From the NCBI GenBank assembly GCA_001179505.1, contig CDMY01000413.1:1-64000 (forward strand): a stretch of DNA of 64,000 nucleotides, written 5' to 3'. A model generated the notes under the pieces. That model ran no database searches. It was given only the letters and a program-made list of their open reading frames with translations, and was not told where the DNA came from. The position numbers and the translations under genes were made by a program. Source of the DNA: Vitrella brassicaformis CCMP3155 (taxonomy: Eukaryota > Protista > Chromerida). Positions 27,865-40,700 of the stretch are shown here, one piece after another (positions within the stretch are counted from its first letter, which is position 1; each line of letters opens with the position of its first letter).

Positions 27865-28291
27865 CGTTCGTGAACGCGACGCCGATATTGTAGTTGTGGT
27901 AGATGGCGTTGGTTGGTTGGTTATTGTGTTTAACGAGACTCGTATCGTGGTCTTCCGCCTTCATTCTTCATGCGAGCTCAACCCTTCAGTCTTCGAAACC
28001 CTAGTGTTGCCTCAACAAACCCATTCTCCACCCCTCCTTCTACTTCACCTTTCTGCATCAGCGCTTGTGCAGTCGCTGTTGGTGCGTTGCACTCTGTCCG
28101 ATCTCCGATCAGATCAACTGTCCGTTCGTCCACCGTTCCATCGTCTTCCTCACTTCAGCAGCTTCTTCCGTTCTTCACAGGCCATTCTCTCCCCTGCTGA
28201 GTGCGCGATGGAGACGGCCTGATCCATGCTTCTTCCCTACTGACCCGGCGTGTGTGCTGTGTGGTGACAAGTTCCGACCGACGGCGGCAGC

Positions 28292-31256
28292 ATGATGAGA
28301 GCCTCTTATCGTCAGGGCTGCGCTTTATCGGCGTTTATCGTGGTCATTGTGTGCGGGCTGTTGGGTTTGAGTGCGGCTGCGGGTTTTGCTGACGGCTCCT
28401 ACTCCTCCCCCGAGGCCACGCACCTCGTCCTGCATGAGGGAGAGGAGGCGCGACCAGACGGTGAGTGGAGTGGCAACACACATACACACGAGGGGATAGA
28501 TGTCCGTTGTTTCTTGTCGCCATGCATTCCATCCATCTTTCTATGCTTCCGTGTGTGCAGATGATGTTGGTGCCGGCCTTCAGGACCGCGTGTTGGAGTG
28601 TGACGTGGTGGTGGTCGGCGGTGGGTCGGCCGGCACATCGGCAGCTCTGGCTGCAGCGAGGAGTGGCGCCAAGACTGTCCTCATACAGTCCAGGTAAGAA
28701 TCAATCCAGTGACTCAGTCATGCGCTGGACAGTATCCCCATTCCCTCTCTCTCTGAACATCCCTGCTGCCTGGCTGGCTGCCTTTCTGCCTTTCTGCAGG
28801 GGTGTGTTGGGCGGCAACGCCTCATCCGAGTCCAAGCTGCACATGGTGGGTGCCGACAAGGAGGGCGGGCGAGGCCACCTGATGAAGACCGAGGCCCGCG
28901 AGGGCGGCATCGTCGAGGAGTACACCGTCCGCAACTCGGTCGAGAACCCGCAGCGCAGCGTGGAGCTCCACGACCTCACCCTCTACAAGCTCTTCCGCGA
29001 GGAGCCCAACGTGCAACTGATCCTCAACGCACCCATGGTGTCGGCCGTCAAGGAGTGGGAGGAAGGCAGCGGCGGCTGGGTGGTCAAGCAGGTCACTGCT
29101 GAGAACCAGGAGGCACAGGTGCGATACATCGTCAAGGGCAAGGTCTTCATTGACGCCACGGGGGACGGGAGGCTGGGAGCGGAGGCGCACGTGCCTTACA
29201 TTATTGGTGAGGGGAGGAGACCGATGCGATGAGTGTCTCTCTGTAGGATGGTCGAGTCGAGGTGTGAAAGCACTTCTTGTTCTTTCTGTGTGTGTGCCTT
29301 AAAGGTCGCGAGTCGCGTAGCCACTTTGGTGAGAGTCTGGCTGAGGCGCGGTCGGACAACGAGACGGAGGGCAGCTCCTTCGCCTTCACCTCACGTGACT
29401 ACGGCCGACCGATGACATTCACAGCACCAGAGTGGTCAGTGAGACAGAACCCCCCCGGCCCCCTCCCTCTAAGGACTCCAAGCGATGCCACTTCTCTCTC
29501 CTCTGTCTCTCAGGGCGATGAAGTTCACATCGTCTGATTTCAAGTATCGTCCGATCCACAGCGACATCCTGGACTACGGCTACTGGTGGATCGAGGTCGC
29601 CTGGCCATACAGCACCATACGCGACAACGAGGCCATCCGCGACAGGCTGCTCGAGGCCGTTCTCGGCATCTGGGACTACATCAAGAACAGCGGCAACTTC
29701 CCGGAGGCTGAGAACCTCGCACTCGACTGGATCGAGTGGTGGCCCTGCAAGAGGGAGGGCCGCCGGTTCCGTGGCCTGTACATCATGACGCAGAACGACA
29801 TCCTCCCCGACCCCAAGCAGAAGCCCCCGCCCGCCCCGATGCTTTTCGATGACCGTGTGAGCTACGGTGGGTGGAATCTGGACCTGCACAACCCCAAGGG
29901 CATCTTCGACACATCGAGGCCGGCGTTCGCGTCTCACCGGCTGCCTTATCTGTACAGGTGAGGCAGTCCCACCCACACACAAACCCTCCCGCTCTCTGTG
30001 ACTTTGTTGTGTGTCTGACGCGTGTGTGTGCAGCACTCCGTTGCGGTCGCTGATAGCCCAGAATGCGACCAACCTGATGCTGGCGGGCCGCCTGGCCTCC
30101 TTCAGCCACGTGGTTTTCGGCAGCCAGCGAGTCATGAAGACAGCCGCTGCAAGTGAGGAGTGACGCGCATGGCAGCAGACACACGTGCACGATGCTATGT
30201 CGTCTGTGTGCGTTGCAGTGGGTCAGGCGTCGGGCACAGGTGCAGCCTACTTCGCGCTCCACGGCATCCCCCCGGCGGACGTCGGCGGTCACCCCGACGG
30301 TGTGTGGAGCATCCAGCAGCAGCTGCTGCGGGACGACCAATACATCATCGGCATGTACAACCAAGACCCTCGCGACCATGCTCTGCGCGCAGCGGCAGTC
30401 AAGGCGTCTTCTTTCGTCGCTAACGAGACCTTCGACGGACGCCCACAGCTGGTATGTGTGCTGGACAGGCACACGCAAACCAGGCGCAGCGGAAAAGGGC
30501 ATCCGTGTGTGTGTGCAGGTGGTGTCTGGTCAGACGCGTGCTGTTCATGGCTATGGCGGTGCGGCCCCGTCTCAGCGGAAGGAGGGCGTGCAGCGTTGGG
30601 TGAGTGAAGCTCTGCCCGCGTGGATCGCACTCGAGTGGACCACACCCATCACAGACATCGCACAGGTAAGGTAGCTGTCTTGTGTAGTGTAGCGTATATC
30701 TGTCCATCCATCCATCCATCCATCGGCACATTGGACGCCTGTCTCGTGTCAGGTTGAGCTGGTCTTTGACACCGGGATGCATCGCACGCTGATGCTGTCG
30801 ATGATGCTTCGCGACCAGCACAAGATGGTGTGGGGCCGCCCGCAGCCAGAGACCGTCAGGGACTACTCCATCGAGGCGCGACTGGCGGCCGGTGCCGACG
30901 ACCAGTGGCGCCAAGTCATAACCGTCCAGGGCAACTTCCAAAGGAAGCGAAGGCACAACGTCGCACGGCAGATGGCGCAGATCGATCCACAAAAGGTCCG
31001 CCGTGGCGATACGAGCTGGTGTGGCACATGTGGCTTTGTGTGGAATGCCTGTGCGTCCGTCTGTTTGTGTGCGGATCGGATCTGTTAGGTTGGTGTGGAG
31101 TCCCTGCGGCTGGTGGTGAGTGCGACCAATGGCATCCCGCACGCACACGTCTTCGAGATACGCGTGTACGGGAAGGACGGCCTCACCCCTTTCCCGGCCA
31201 AGCCGCAACCACAGCAGCAGCGGCCGAGAAGGGAGACCAAGCTATGGATGCGATAG
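28292..31256 (+). CDS. Secreted FAD-dependent oxidoreductase (FAD_oxidored/PF12831-like) with a C-terminal beta-sandwich (F5/8-like) domain
   Basis: Hydrophobic N-terminus (FIVVIVCGLLGLSAAAG); CDVVVVGGGSAGTSAALAAARSG; VLGGNASSE; FIDATGDG; GYWWIE; KREGRRF; GGWNLDLHNP; PLRSLIAQNATNLMLAGRLASFSHVVFGSQRVM; ends ATNG..HVFEIRVY...LWMR*. Confidence 0.85.
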
Positions 31257-32605
31257 CTGACATGGCTTAGAAGATGTCCTGCTGAATGAAGAAACGTGTA
31301 CCCACCAATCGGGGGGGTCAAGACAGCAGTGGATGCTGCCGCCGTGTGACCGAATCGCCCCCTCACTGACTGCATTAGTTGTTCTTTTCTCGAAGTGTCG
31401 TTTAGTGGCATACGCCTGTGTGTACATGTGTGTGTGTGTCTGTCGGGCGTTGTCGGTACCCGCCCGCCCCAATTCGACAAGCGTTTTTCTGGAGTGTGCG
31501 TGAGGAGAGGGGTGCGTTGTGTGTGCGTATAAAGCATGTGGGGATCATCAGCACTGCATGGCATGAGCCATCGACGGCTCACGTCATGTATGTCATTTCT
31601 TCGAGTGCCCGTGGGTGAAGTGAGAAGTGCACGCAGCAGGTAGTGTTTGTGCGTCAAGGTCGGTACCTAAGGGAGTTTTCCTCATGACGCGGTGCGCGTC
31701 ATTTTGCATGGTCGCTTGTTTCGTCTCCTGGCTATGACTGATGAGAGTTTTCGGCGCCTTCCTTTGCCTGCCGCCCGCACAGACACACACATGCGCGGCT
31801 TCTTCCGGGCGCTCTCTCATCGACCATGTCTGATTGTATATACCACACACGTACGTCAGGGGAGTCGGTCTGGCGCACACAGGTGCTGTGCATGTCGGTC
31901 TCTCTCTCCCTCTCCCTCTCCCTCTCCATCTGCGGGTGTGTGCGGTCTTGTGCTTGAGTGTTCGTGCGTGTCCGTGTGTGTCCGTGTGTGTGCGTGTGTG
32001 TGCGGGTGTGTGTGTGTGATACTTAAAGGGCCGGCCCTCGTCTGTCATGCAGGCTGCAGCAGGCATGACGAGGGTATGCCCGGCCGTATATGTGCGAGCG
32101 TGTGGCGGCGGATTCTATACTAGTTCTACACGGTTGACAAAATAATAACACTGTGGGCTGCATCCCGCACTTGGACGCTTCCCTCCCTGTCTCTGTAGAG
32201 GTAGCGTTGGGTCTCATGCCGCAACGGCGAGGAACGCCTTCGGATCAGCTTGGAATGTGGAGATGCATAGAAGCGGGGAACAACTTGGATACCTTTACGA
32301 GGCATTGGGCGACTTGGATGATGCAAATCCCTGAGAATTTGTCCCGTGGTTGCTGAATCTGTCGGTTGTTTATGGAACTGTCCCGTTTTCTCGCCGCCTC
32401 TGATTTCTCGACGCGAGACAACAAGATCAATTTTGAAAATTTACAGAAAGGGATGGGGGAAGTTCAGACAGGCAGCCAATCCGCAGGCTGATGCAGCCCA
32501 CAACACGTGGGCTTCAGCACATGATGCAGGCAACGCGCCGCTGGACCGAGCGATGCTATGCCCCAACACTTTTGCAATGATATACATATGGATGTGTGGG
32601 GGAAC

Positions 32606-33277
32606 ATTTTATACGTCCACGACGCGAAGGTTTGACCATTTTATACGTCCGTTGCCCTCGGTCATATGAGGCGCAGCGGCTGAGGATCTGCACATCCGGG
32701 CGAGAAGGAGAGACGTCTGAGGGGCCCGCTGAGACACGAGGCGACGGAGGGTGTGCATGCGGCTCTTTTCTTATTGCGGGAGGGGGAGGGCACACACACA
32801 GACACTGGGCAGAGGGGGGGAGGGGAGGCAGACAGAGATGGACACTTACCTGTACATACACAACACGAACACGAAGCGCGAGACAGACGCGTACACGCAC
32901 TCCCACAACATATACTTGGCACACCACCTCCCCTGGCCCGGGTAAAGTATATGTACAAGCACGGGCAGCCCCGCGCCATCGGGGTGAAAACGGACTGGCA
33001 TTTTTCTCCGAAACCCAGGGGTAGCCAAGGGAAACCTTGATGAGCCGGACTCGCCGCCCTGGTCTCTGCCTCGTTTTTGCAGGGCTGCTAGACCGTTTCC
33101 ATGGATGCATTTTCATGCGTTCATGGAGACGCTCGATGAATGACTGAATGAATGAATGGATGAAATGAATGAATGAATGAATGAATGAATGAAGATTTTA
33201 TACGTCCACGACGCGAAGGTTTGACCATTTTATACGTCCGTTGCCCTCGGTCATATGAGGCGCAGCGGCTGAGGATC
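32606..33277. repeat. Two identical 83-bp direct repeats (32606-32688 and 33195-33277), each containing attttatacgtcc twice
   Basis: Base-by-base comparison of the two copies. Confidence 0.93.
33136..33193. repeat. Imperfect (TGAA)n microsatellite abutting the second 83-bp repeat
   Basis: Visible in the sequence. Confidence 0.9.
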
Positions 33278-34765
33278 CCCCGGGTTCTACAGCAACAGAC
33301 AGTGGGTACTGGGAGACATGAGGAGCACTGGGAGACATAAGGAATTCCCAGCTGCATCCACCACCCAGCGAGCGACTTCACGGCCGCTGAATGGGTCTGT
33401 GTGTAGTCTGCAATGGGGGGAGGGATCCACCTTACTACAGCAGGTGGAATGAGTTGCCTCCCTGCCCACAGCAAGGCTGAACAGCTCGGAAGCTGTCGCA
33501 AGTAGGGAAACTGTACTCCTTTGTCCGCGTGGGTTTCGTTGATTGAGTCCGCATGAATGAGTCTGTCACATGAATGAGCTCTATCAAGATGAGCATGTCC
33601 TGCTCCATGTTCAGCGTTCACTGCCCTAAGCTGATTCAGTGCTTCTATTGCGGCTGACTGATGAGCCATCAACAAGTCAAACACAGTCAAAAAGCCGGGA
33701 AGCTGTCGCAAGTACAGACACCAGCAGAACACATTGCACACACCAAACCGAAGAGATAGTCGAGATGAGAGGCTTGCAGATATGGTCATATCAAGACAGC
33801 ACAGACCAGGACATTCACCTCTCCTCTCTGGGTCTCTTGTCTCGCGAGTGGCCAGTACTCAACAGCATCCATCTAGATGAAGGTGCCATGCAGCAGCCTG
33901 GCCTGTGAGCTACCGTAGCCTTTCGCCGAGGCTGACAAGCCGTGATTGTGGTCACGTTGAATTGCCTTCCCGACAGCCATACGCTCCATCAGCTTCGACT
34001 CTCGCTCGGCTGCCCTCTTCTGTCCGGCTGGCCGTTGGGGCTGTCGATGGGGAGCTGATGAACGAGTGGGCGGGCCGTTCCGGCCTTCTTTCAGACGGTA
34101 TGCTGTGACGCTACTGCACGACCATCAAGCTGCCGCGCCTTCTCGAGCTCCTCCTCAAAAAAGCAACGTGCCCTTGAGGCCAGTGTTGACAAGATCCGCC
34201 AGTTGTGGCTCTTGGTCGGCGGACCTCTGCTGCGCTTGCCGCTGAAGGGGCGTCAATGAGGGAGCCGACGAATGAGTGAGCATCGCTTGACGATCTGGTC
34301 CTCTCTTCGACGGCACTCTCTATGATGGGAGGCGTTGTTGTGTCGGCTGAAGTCAATGGGCACCTTGCAAAGCGTTGGCAGACCATCACCATGGAGAGAA
34401 GCTGATACGACGCTGTCGAGACGATTCTTGAACTCTTCTCGCTTCCAACCGTACCTGCTGCTCGACTGCTGCTCTGGCCGGCTCCGGTGGGAAGAAGAAA
34501 GAGAGAAAAAGAGGGGGGAGAGCCTTCCCGTTTCAGGAAGTACGCTAGCCTTCTTCTCTTGCGAGCTGAGATCAGCGCGGGTCGGCTGTCTCCACATCGG
34601 AAGCGGATCTGGCAAGGGATCTGGGTTGCTAGATCGTGTATGGCGGCGCGCTGGAGCACCACAGCTATCTCAGCCCTCCGCTTTTCTGTCTTGGGTTGTG
34701 ATCTGCACGCATAGCTTGCGGACCCGTCTCTCTCGGCCACTGCCAGCGTCCGCCAACCGACCCCC

Positions 34766-37700
34766 ATGGAGGAGCCCTCACAGAAGAAACACTGCACCCG
34801 TTCCCAAACTGCCCTCTCGCTGCGCGTCAACGCCCTGGAGAGCGTCGTGTTTCACCCCTGTGAGTGTCTGGAAGATTATCGCAAGCCGCCGGTGACGTTC
34901 TCGCCCACGTTCGCTCACCACTTCTTCGGCCTCGACCAGGTCATCGTGGGGTTCGAGCAGGTCGCCGTGAGGATCTATTTCATCCCAGACACCTTGGACA
35001 TGTTCGTCAAGATTGATGGCGACAGTCCGTCCATCCACGCCTCCTGCGAGCGCGTCATGGCCTGCCTGACCAACGACAAGACCAAGGTGGCCTTCCCGGG
35101 CGGCTTCTGCCCTTCGGAGCACGACTTCCTCGCCAAGCTCGAGTGCCGGGCGACCCGTGGGCAAAAATTCCAGCCGCCCGGAAAGCCTGTGGGGGTGTTG
35201 CGGCACACGGCGGGTGCGGGAGATGAGCAGATCGAGATCGAGGTGAGACGGTGCACGTTTGCCGATAGCGAGTTCAAGTCGCTGCACCGGCGGATGGAGT
35301 GGTTTTTCCACTGGTTCATCGACGGCGCATCGAAGATCGACCATGACGGACGCTGGCACGTGTACGTCGCGTACAAGCGGCCCCCCGGCGGCGTTGACTA
35401 CCCGTCCCACAGCCGCAAGCCGAAACCCGGTGCGTCGAGCGGCCGGCCGGCGTGTCTGAGCCTGTGTGGGCTTGCCACCGCCTACACATTCCCCAGCCTG
35501 TCGAGCAGCCGCCGCCGGCTCTCGCAGTTCCTCATCTTCCCGCACTACCAGAGAAAAGGTCAGTGCGATGCACTGGACGGAGACGGGGATGGGAGAGCGG
35601 CACTCACTGTCTTGTCTGGTGTTGTGTTGTGTGTGCAGGAGTTGGGTTGGATTTGTTGCAGCTGATCTATCAGCAGACCCTGGACGATCCCCACGTCTGT
35701 GAGGTAACACCAACCCACAGAGCGCAGCACCGACACACCATGAGACACGTCTTTCCCCCTCCCCCTCCCTCCCCGCCCCCTCCCTGTGTGTGTGATCCAT
35801 CCATCCACCAGATGGATGTCGAAGACCCTGCCCCGGCGTTCGTCCAGCTGCGTGACGTCGTGACGGTCAAGCTAGCCATCGACAACAACCTGGTGTCCCC
35901 CCTCGCACTCTGGCCCCCTCCTCCGGAAGCAGAGGTGCCCAGCTCGGCATCAGCGGCCTTCCCGGCCAGCAGCGGCCTGGGCCTTACCAACGGCCATTTC
36001 CAGCCCGAAGTCCCCCTATACAAGACGCGCAACCGCACCCGCGCCCTCCACAAGGCCCTCACCGACACGGGGGCATCGAGTGGCTCAAGTGCGGCGTGTG
36101 GTGACATGTCGCGCCGGGGCCAGAAGCGGAAGCGCCGGCTGAGTGCGGGGGATGAGATAGACATCGACAGCGGTGTGCCGGCGGTGGCCGCCAGGGACGT
36201 GGCCATGTGCACCAGGAGCAGGACGAGGGGCATGGATGGCGGCCGGGCCAGCAGCAGTAGTGCAGCAGCTGCCGCTGGGGGTGGGGGTGGTGGTGGTGGG
36301 AGCCACCACGGCACCGGTCGGTCGGGCATGACGTTGCGCGGGGGGCGAGGGAAGCGGTCTGTGGGCAAAAGCGAGGGGCGGAAAATGGTCAGTCAGTGAG
36401 CGGCACACAACAACACGACGAAAGTGCGTCTATGCTTTGAATCCTGCTTGGTCTGATCTGTATTGGTGTCCGTCCGTCCCATCTATGGTGCAGGAGAAGG
36501 TGAATCATGCGACGAGTTCCATCCCCACCATCGACAGCCTCGCCCTCGACCTCAAAGAAACCAAACAGCAGGCCACACGGTCGGTCGACACCGACACGGA
36601 CATCTACCTTACACACACACACACTCTCCTCCCCTCCCTCCCTGCGCATATCGTTGGCATCTGTCAATCAGGGTGAGGAGGTGCTGCAGTTTGCCCGTCT
36701 GCTGCAGCATCCCCTGCCGGCGGAGATCCCGCCGTCTTACCTGGATCCCGGCACCAGTAAGAACGGCCACACCAAGCGGTACCACAATGGCCACCGCAGC
36801 GACACCATGGAGCTGGAGGCACTGCCCTCGTCCAGCAGCGCGTCGAATGGGCTGGGGCTGGGGCTGGGCGGGGCCGGTGGTGGCAGTGGCGGCGAGGAGG
36901 GCGACTGGGAGATCTACCGCCTTGGTGTCATGCACCGGCTGCGCAAGGACGTCAAGGACTCTCTCACCGCGAAGGTCTCACTCACCCCGAAGGTCTCAAA
37001 GGAAGAGGTGAGGGAGTGACAGGCAGACAGGCATCCCCTCCACCCTGGACGTGCTCTCCTCATTTCTTCTCGTATGTCTCTGCTCATCTCATCCATTGCT
37101 CTTGTGGTCTCGGCGTTCTTCCCTTCCTTGTTCGTCATTGATCAGGGTGATTTGGACTTCTTCGGCCAGTGTGACAAGCGGACCACCGGTGATCGCACCT
37201 TCACCAGAAACGGCGGGGTACGGCACACACACATACACACACTCATACAACACGACACGACACCACACACACCACAATCATACATCGAGAGTAGTGTGTA
37301 TATCGACGCACGAACCATCCATGTAGAGTTTTTTTGTCGCCCTCGCATTCCACCCATCCCATCGCATTACATACATACTTGATGGAAGGAAGGCTCACTC
37401 GTCGTTGTGTGGCGGTGTGGTTGGTTGGTGTGTCGCAGGTGGAGAAGGCTGTTCAGGACGAGTTCAAGGAGCTCGTGCAGTCATACATAAGTATGTCCAT
37501 CACACACACACATGCACACACACACACACACACACAGACGGGGATGCCGCGTCTCATCCGTGTGATCTTTGTCCGTTGTGTGATGGGTGCAGGTCGATTA
37601 AGAAAGTGCGCAGGCTCTTCCCGGCTCCCCCACATATCAAGAACGAGGGCGACGGTGAGGCCCCCAACCAGCCACGCCCGCCAGCCGGCAAGAAGGTCCG

Positions 37701-37779
37701 CAAGGGCACCAAGGCCACCAAGGGCACCAAGGCCAAGGGGAAGGCCAAGCCCAAGAGCAAGGCGAAGGCGAGGGGGTAG
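34766..37779 (+). CDS. HAT1: Histone acetyltransferase type B catalytic subunit (HAT1) with low-complexity inserts and a Lys-rich tail
   Basis: FSPTFAHHFFG..IVGF, LHRRMEWFFHWFIDGASKID, RLSQFLIFPHYQRK|GVG, VEDP.PAFVQLRD, and later YRLGVMHRL. The exon chain continues past the apparent stop at 36399 via the donor ATG|gtcagt, to ...KAKARG*. Confidence 0.88.
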
Positions 37780-40700
37780 TGGTTTGTGGGGGGAGAGGGG
37801 GAGGAGAGGGGGGGTGATTGACGGCCATTTGTGCCTGCCTGCCTGCCTGTCGTGTGTGTGTATGTGTATGTGTATGTGTGTGTGGGATTGGTTTTGAGTC
37901 ATTCATTTTTTTTCGTCCATACACACTACCCTCATCCATCCAGCCATCCATACATACCGTGTCATCTTTGTGTCGATTTTTCCTTGTGTGGGTGTGCTTC
38001 TGTTGACTGCCTGCATGGATGGACGGATGTGCGCCGTGTGAGCGGCAGCTGAGCTCAGCTCAGCTCGCTTTGCTTATATGTAGTATATAATACGGCTTGC
38101 GTCGGTCGTCATGTTTGTGACATTTTTAAGGGTGTGCGTACGTGTGTGTGCGTCGTGTGTGTGCGTGATTTGTGTGAGGATCGTGCGGGGACACGACACG
38201 ACAGCCACACTTATCAGATAAAGGAATGCACACCACACCATACAAGGGGGCTGGCTGTCATTGGCCCGTCATGGATGGCGGCCGCTACCTGACTGACTGA
38301 CTGACTTGATAATGAGTACTTAGGGGGTACCTGACAGACTCACTTGCTGACCGGCAGACAGGCAGACAGAGAGAGAGGGAGGGAGGGAGGGAGCCAGGCA
38401 GGTCATGGCTGTGTTGGTGTGCACACCACACGCAGAAGCACGACAGACAAGTCAGCCAGCTCAGCCCGACCTGACTGACACGTGGATGTGCGTGATTACT
38501 TGTGTGTGGGTGGGATGGCCGTCCCGTCGGCGGCACTCGACAGCCTTCGTGAGAGAGGTCAGCAGACAGACAGACAGACAGACAGACCGACAGGGCGGGA
38601 GGGAGGGAGGGAGGGAATGCACTGGCAAGGAATGAAGCAGGCGTGTTGTGTGTTCCGCTGTGTTGGTTCATATCAGATATCAGGCAGCCCGTCTGGCGGT
38701 TTCCGATATGTCGACGGCACTGCGAGTCGATGAGAGTCGGCGCCACAGATATGCCAGGCCGCCCACTGATCGGCAGCAAATGGTAAGTATGCACAGAGAC
38801 GACGGCCAGCGCATCAGAGATGCACTGAGGTGGATGCGTGTGGGTATGGTGTGGCCGTCAGGTGAGATTGACGTCGCGACGTGATGCCCTCCCTTCTGAG
38901 GGACATCAGGTGAAGTGCCGCCCGAGTATGCAGAAGGCTGCATGAATGGCAGGCACGTGGTGTGTGCTCGTCGGCCACCTGTCGAATCAAATGGCGGTGA
39001 GCCAATTACACACACACACATACACACACACACACACACGAAGAGAGAGGCGATGCGGCCGAGTACCTCACGGACCTGCCTCTCGGTTGCTGTGTGTGTC
39101 TGTGTGTGCAGCGGACGAGTCTGAGGGCCACCGAGGGCAACGGGATTATCGCCAGAGCCGGATCGCATGACCACAGACAGGACACAAGATAGAGGCCTGC
39201 AGCACACTCTCGTACACATGTGAGTGTGTGCGTGTGTGTCTTGTGTATGCAGGTGCGTCGGCGCTTTCACTCAAGGATTATCGCGTGCACAAGAGCGGCG
39301 CATGGTGACTTACTTGATTCGATATGCGGATGCCGCCGTCTTGCAGGCCTAAGTGAAGGCGTTCGCAAGCTGCCACACAGTCAGGCGGCCATGCAGAGCG
39401 GGCTGGTGCGTGCCTGTTTGGCAAACATGAGGTCCGTCTGCGTGGCTGATCTGGTTGTGACTTTTTTCGGGGGTAAAAGGTGTGGGGGTTTCAAGCGCTC
39501 CACTCGCTGCTGGCGTGAGGCCTCTTGTCTGTCAGGCTTCTGTCTGCGGGCGAGTGAGCGATTGGGTGTGGTGTGTGGCGGTTGGTGCGTGCATGGGGCA
39601 AGGGTGACACACACACAAGCACACAGGAGGGGAAGTTTGTTGCTGCTCGCCATCCACCATCCATCGTATATATATCTCTCTCTCTTGTTTCCTGCACGCT
39701 CCACTCGCACACTCGCACCCTCACTCTGTCGCACACCAGCTTCTCGCACCTTTTTGTGAGCATGTGCGTGCATCATTCCACCTCATGGCTGGCTGGCTGC
39801 CTGCCTGCCTGCCAATGATTTGACGTGATCGATCGTAGCAGTAGGGTGTGTGTGTGGCTGTGGGCTGCCTTCAGCATGACGCTCTCTTTGTGGTTGTGGT
39901 GCCGTTCGGACCTGTTCGGTCGTGTGGGATGGATGGATGGTCGGCTGTGTGCTCGATGGATGGGTGGGCGGGAGGGTGGACACAGCGCATTACGCACCAC
40001 TTTCAAGGCGGGTCTACGGGCTGTCTGTGTGGTGTGTGTACGATTTGGTTCCTTGGATCTCGCTCGCACTGTGAGAGAGGAAAGCACCTATTGCACTGAA
40101 CTGGTAGAGAGGTAGACAACTTGAGCTCAGTCGAGAGTCAGCGGGCACCTAGCAAGCTGTCCTGACTGACCTGGCAGATGGACTGGTGATAGCCTCACTG
40201 ACTGGTGTGCGTGGTGTCCAATGACATGGCGGTGTGCTGTGTGTGTGATGATTGCAATGACGTAGGCACACATGAGACAGCACAAGGACTTGTACACAGA
40301 AAGAGTTGAACCATTACAGAATCCACACGCCAGCAGTCCCCCTTAGGAAGCGCGGCAGACCATCCCCCACATCCATCTGCGGCCGCTTCACGCACATTCC
40401 ATCCGCACAGCCACACGCTCGCCGCCCGGCGCCCGCAGGGCATTACACGTCGAATCAAGGCGTCCATTCTCCTGACACACATTGCACACCGAAACAGTCT
40501 GCTTCCTTACCCTCGCTGTAGACATTAGCACGACAATATTTGCACAATCACGGCGGCGGCGGATTCTATACGCTTGACAAAATAATAACACTGTACAGCT
40601 GACAGGACAGCTTGGTGAAGGACAGATGAAGAGAAGAGGCTTCATGAGTAAGAGGCGGATTCTGGGACAGTGGCGGTGCAGCTTCGTTTCTCGACTTTGA

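Noticed and set aside
32134-32154. TTGACA read as a bacterial -35 promoter box (also at 40574)
   Set aside because: Eukaryotic context and no properly spaced -10 box; treated only as part of the dispersed repeat.
32660-32700. GGCGCAGCGG A-box-like motif suggesting a tRNA or SINE within the 83-bp repeat
   Set aside because: No convincing B-box or cloverleaf.
32606-33277. CRISPR-like or LTR retrotransposon reading of the direct repeats
   Set aside because: Only two long copies in a eukaryote, no spacer array or cas genes, no TG...CA ends and no gag/pol motifs.
36437-37779. Separate gene downstream of HAT1
   Set aside because: Splice phases link it to HAT1, and it supplies the conserved C-terminal YRL..RL helix.
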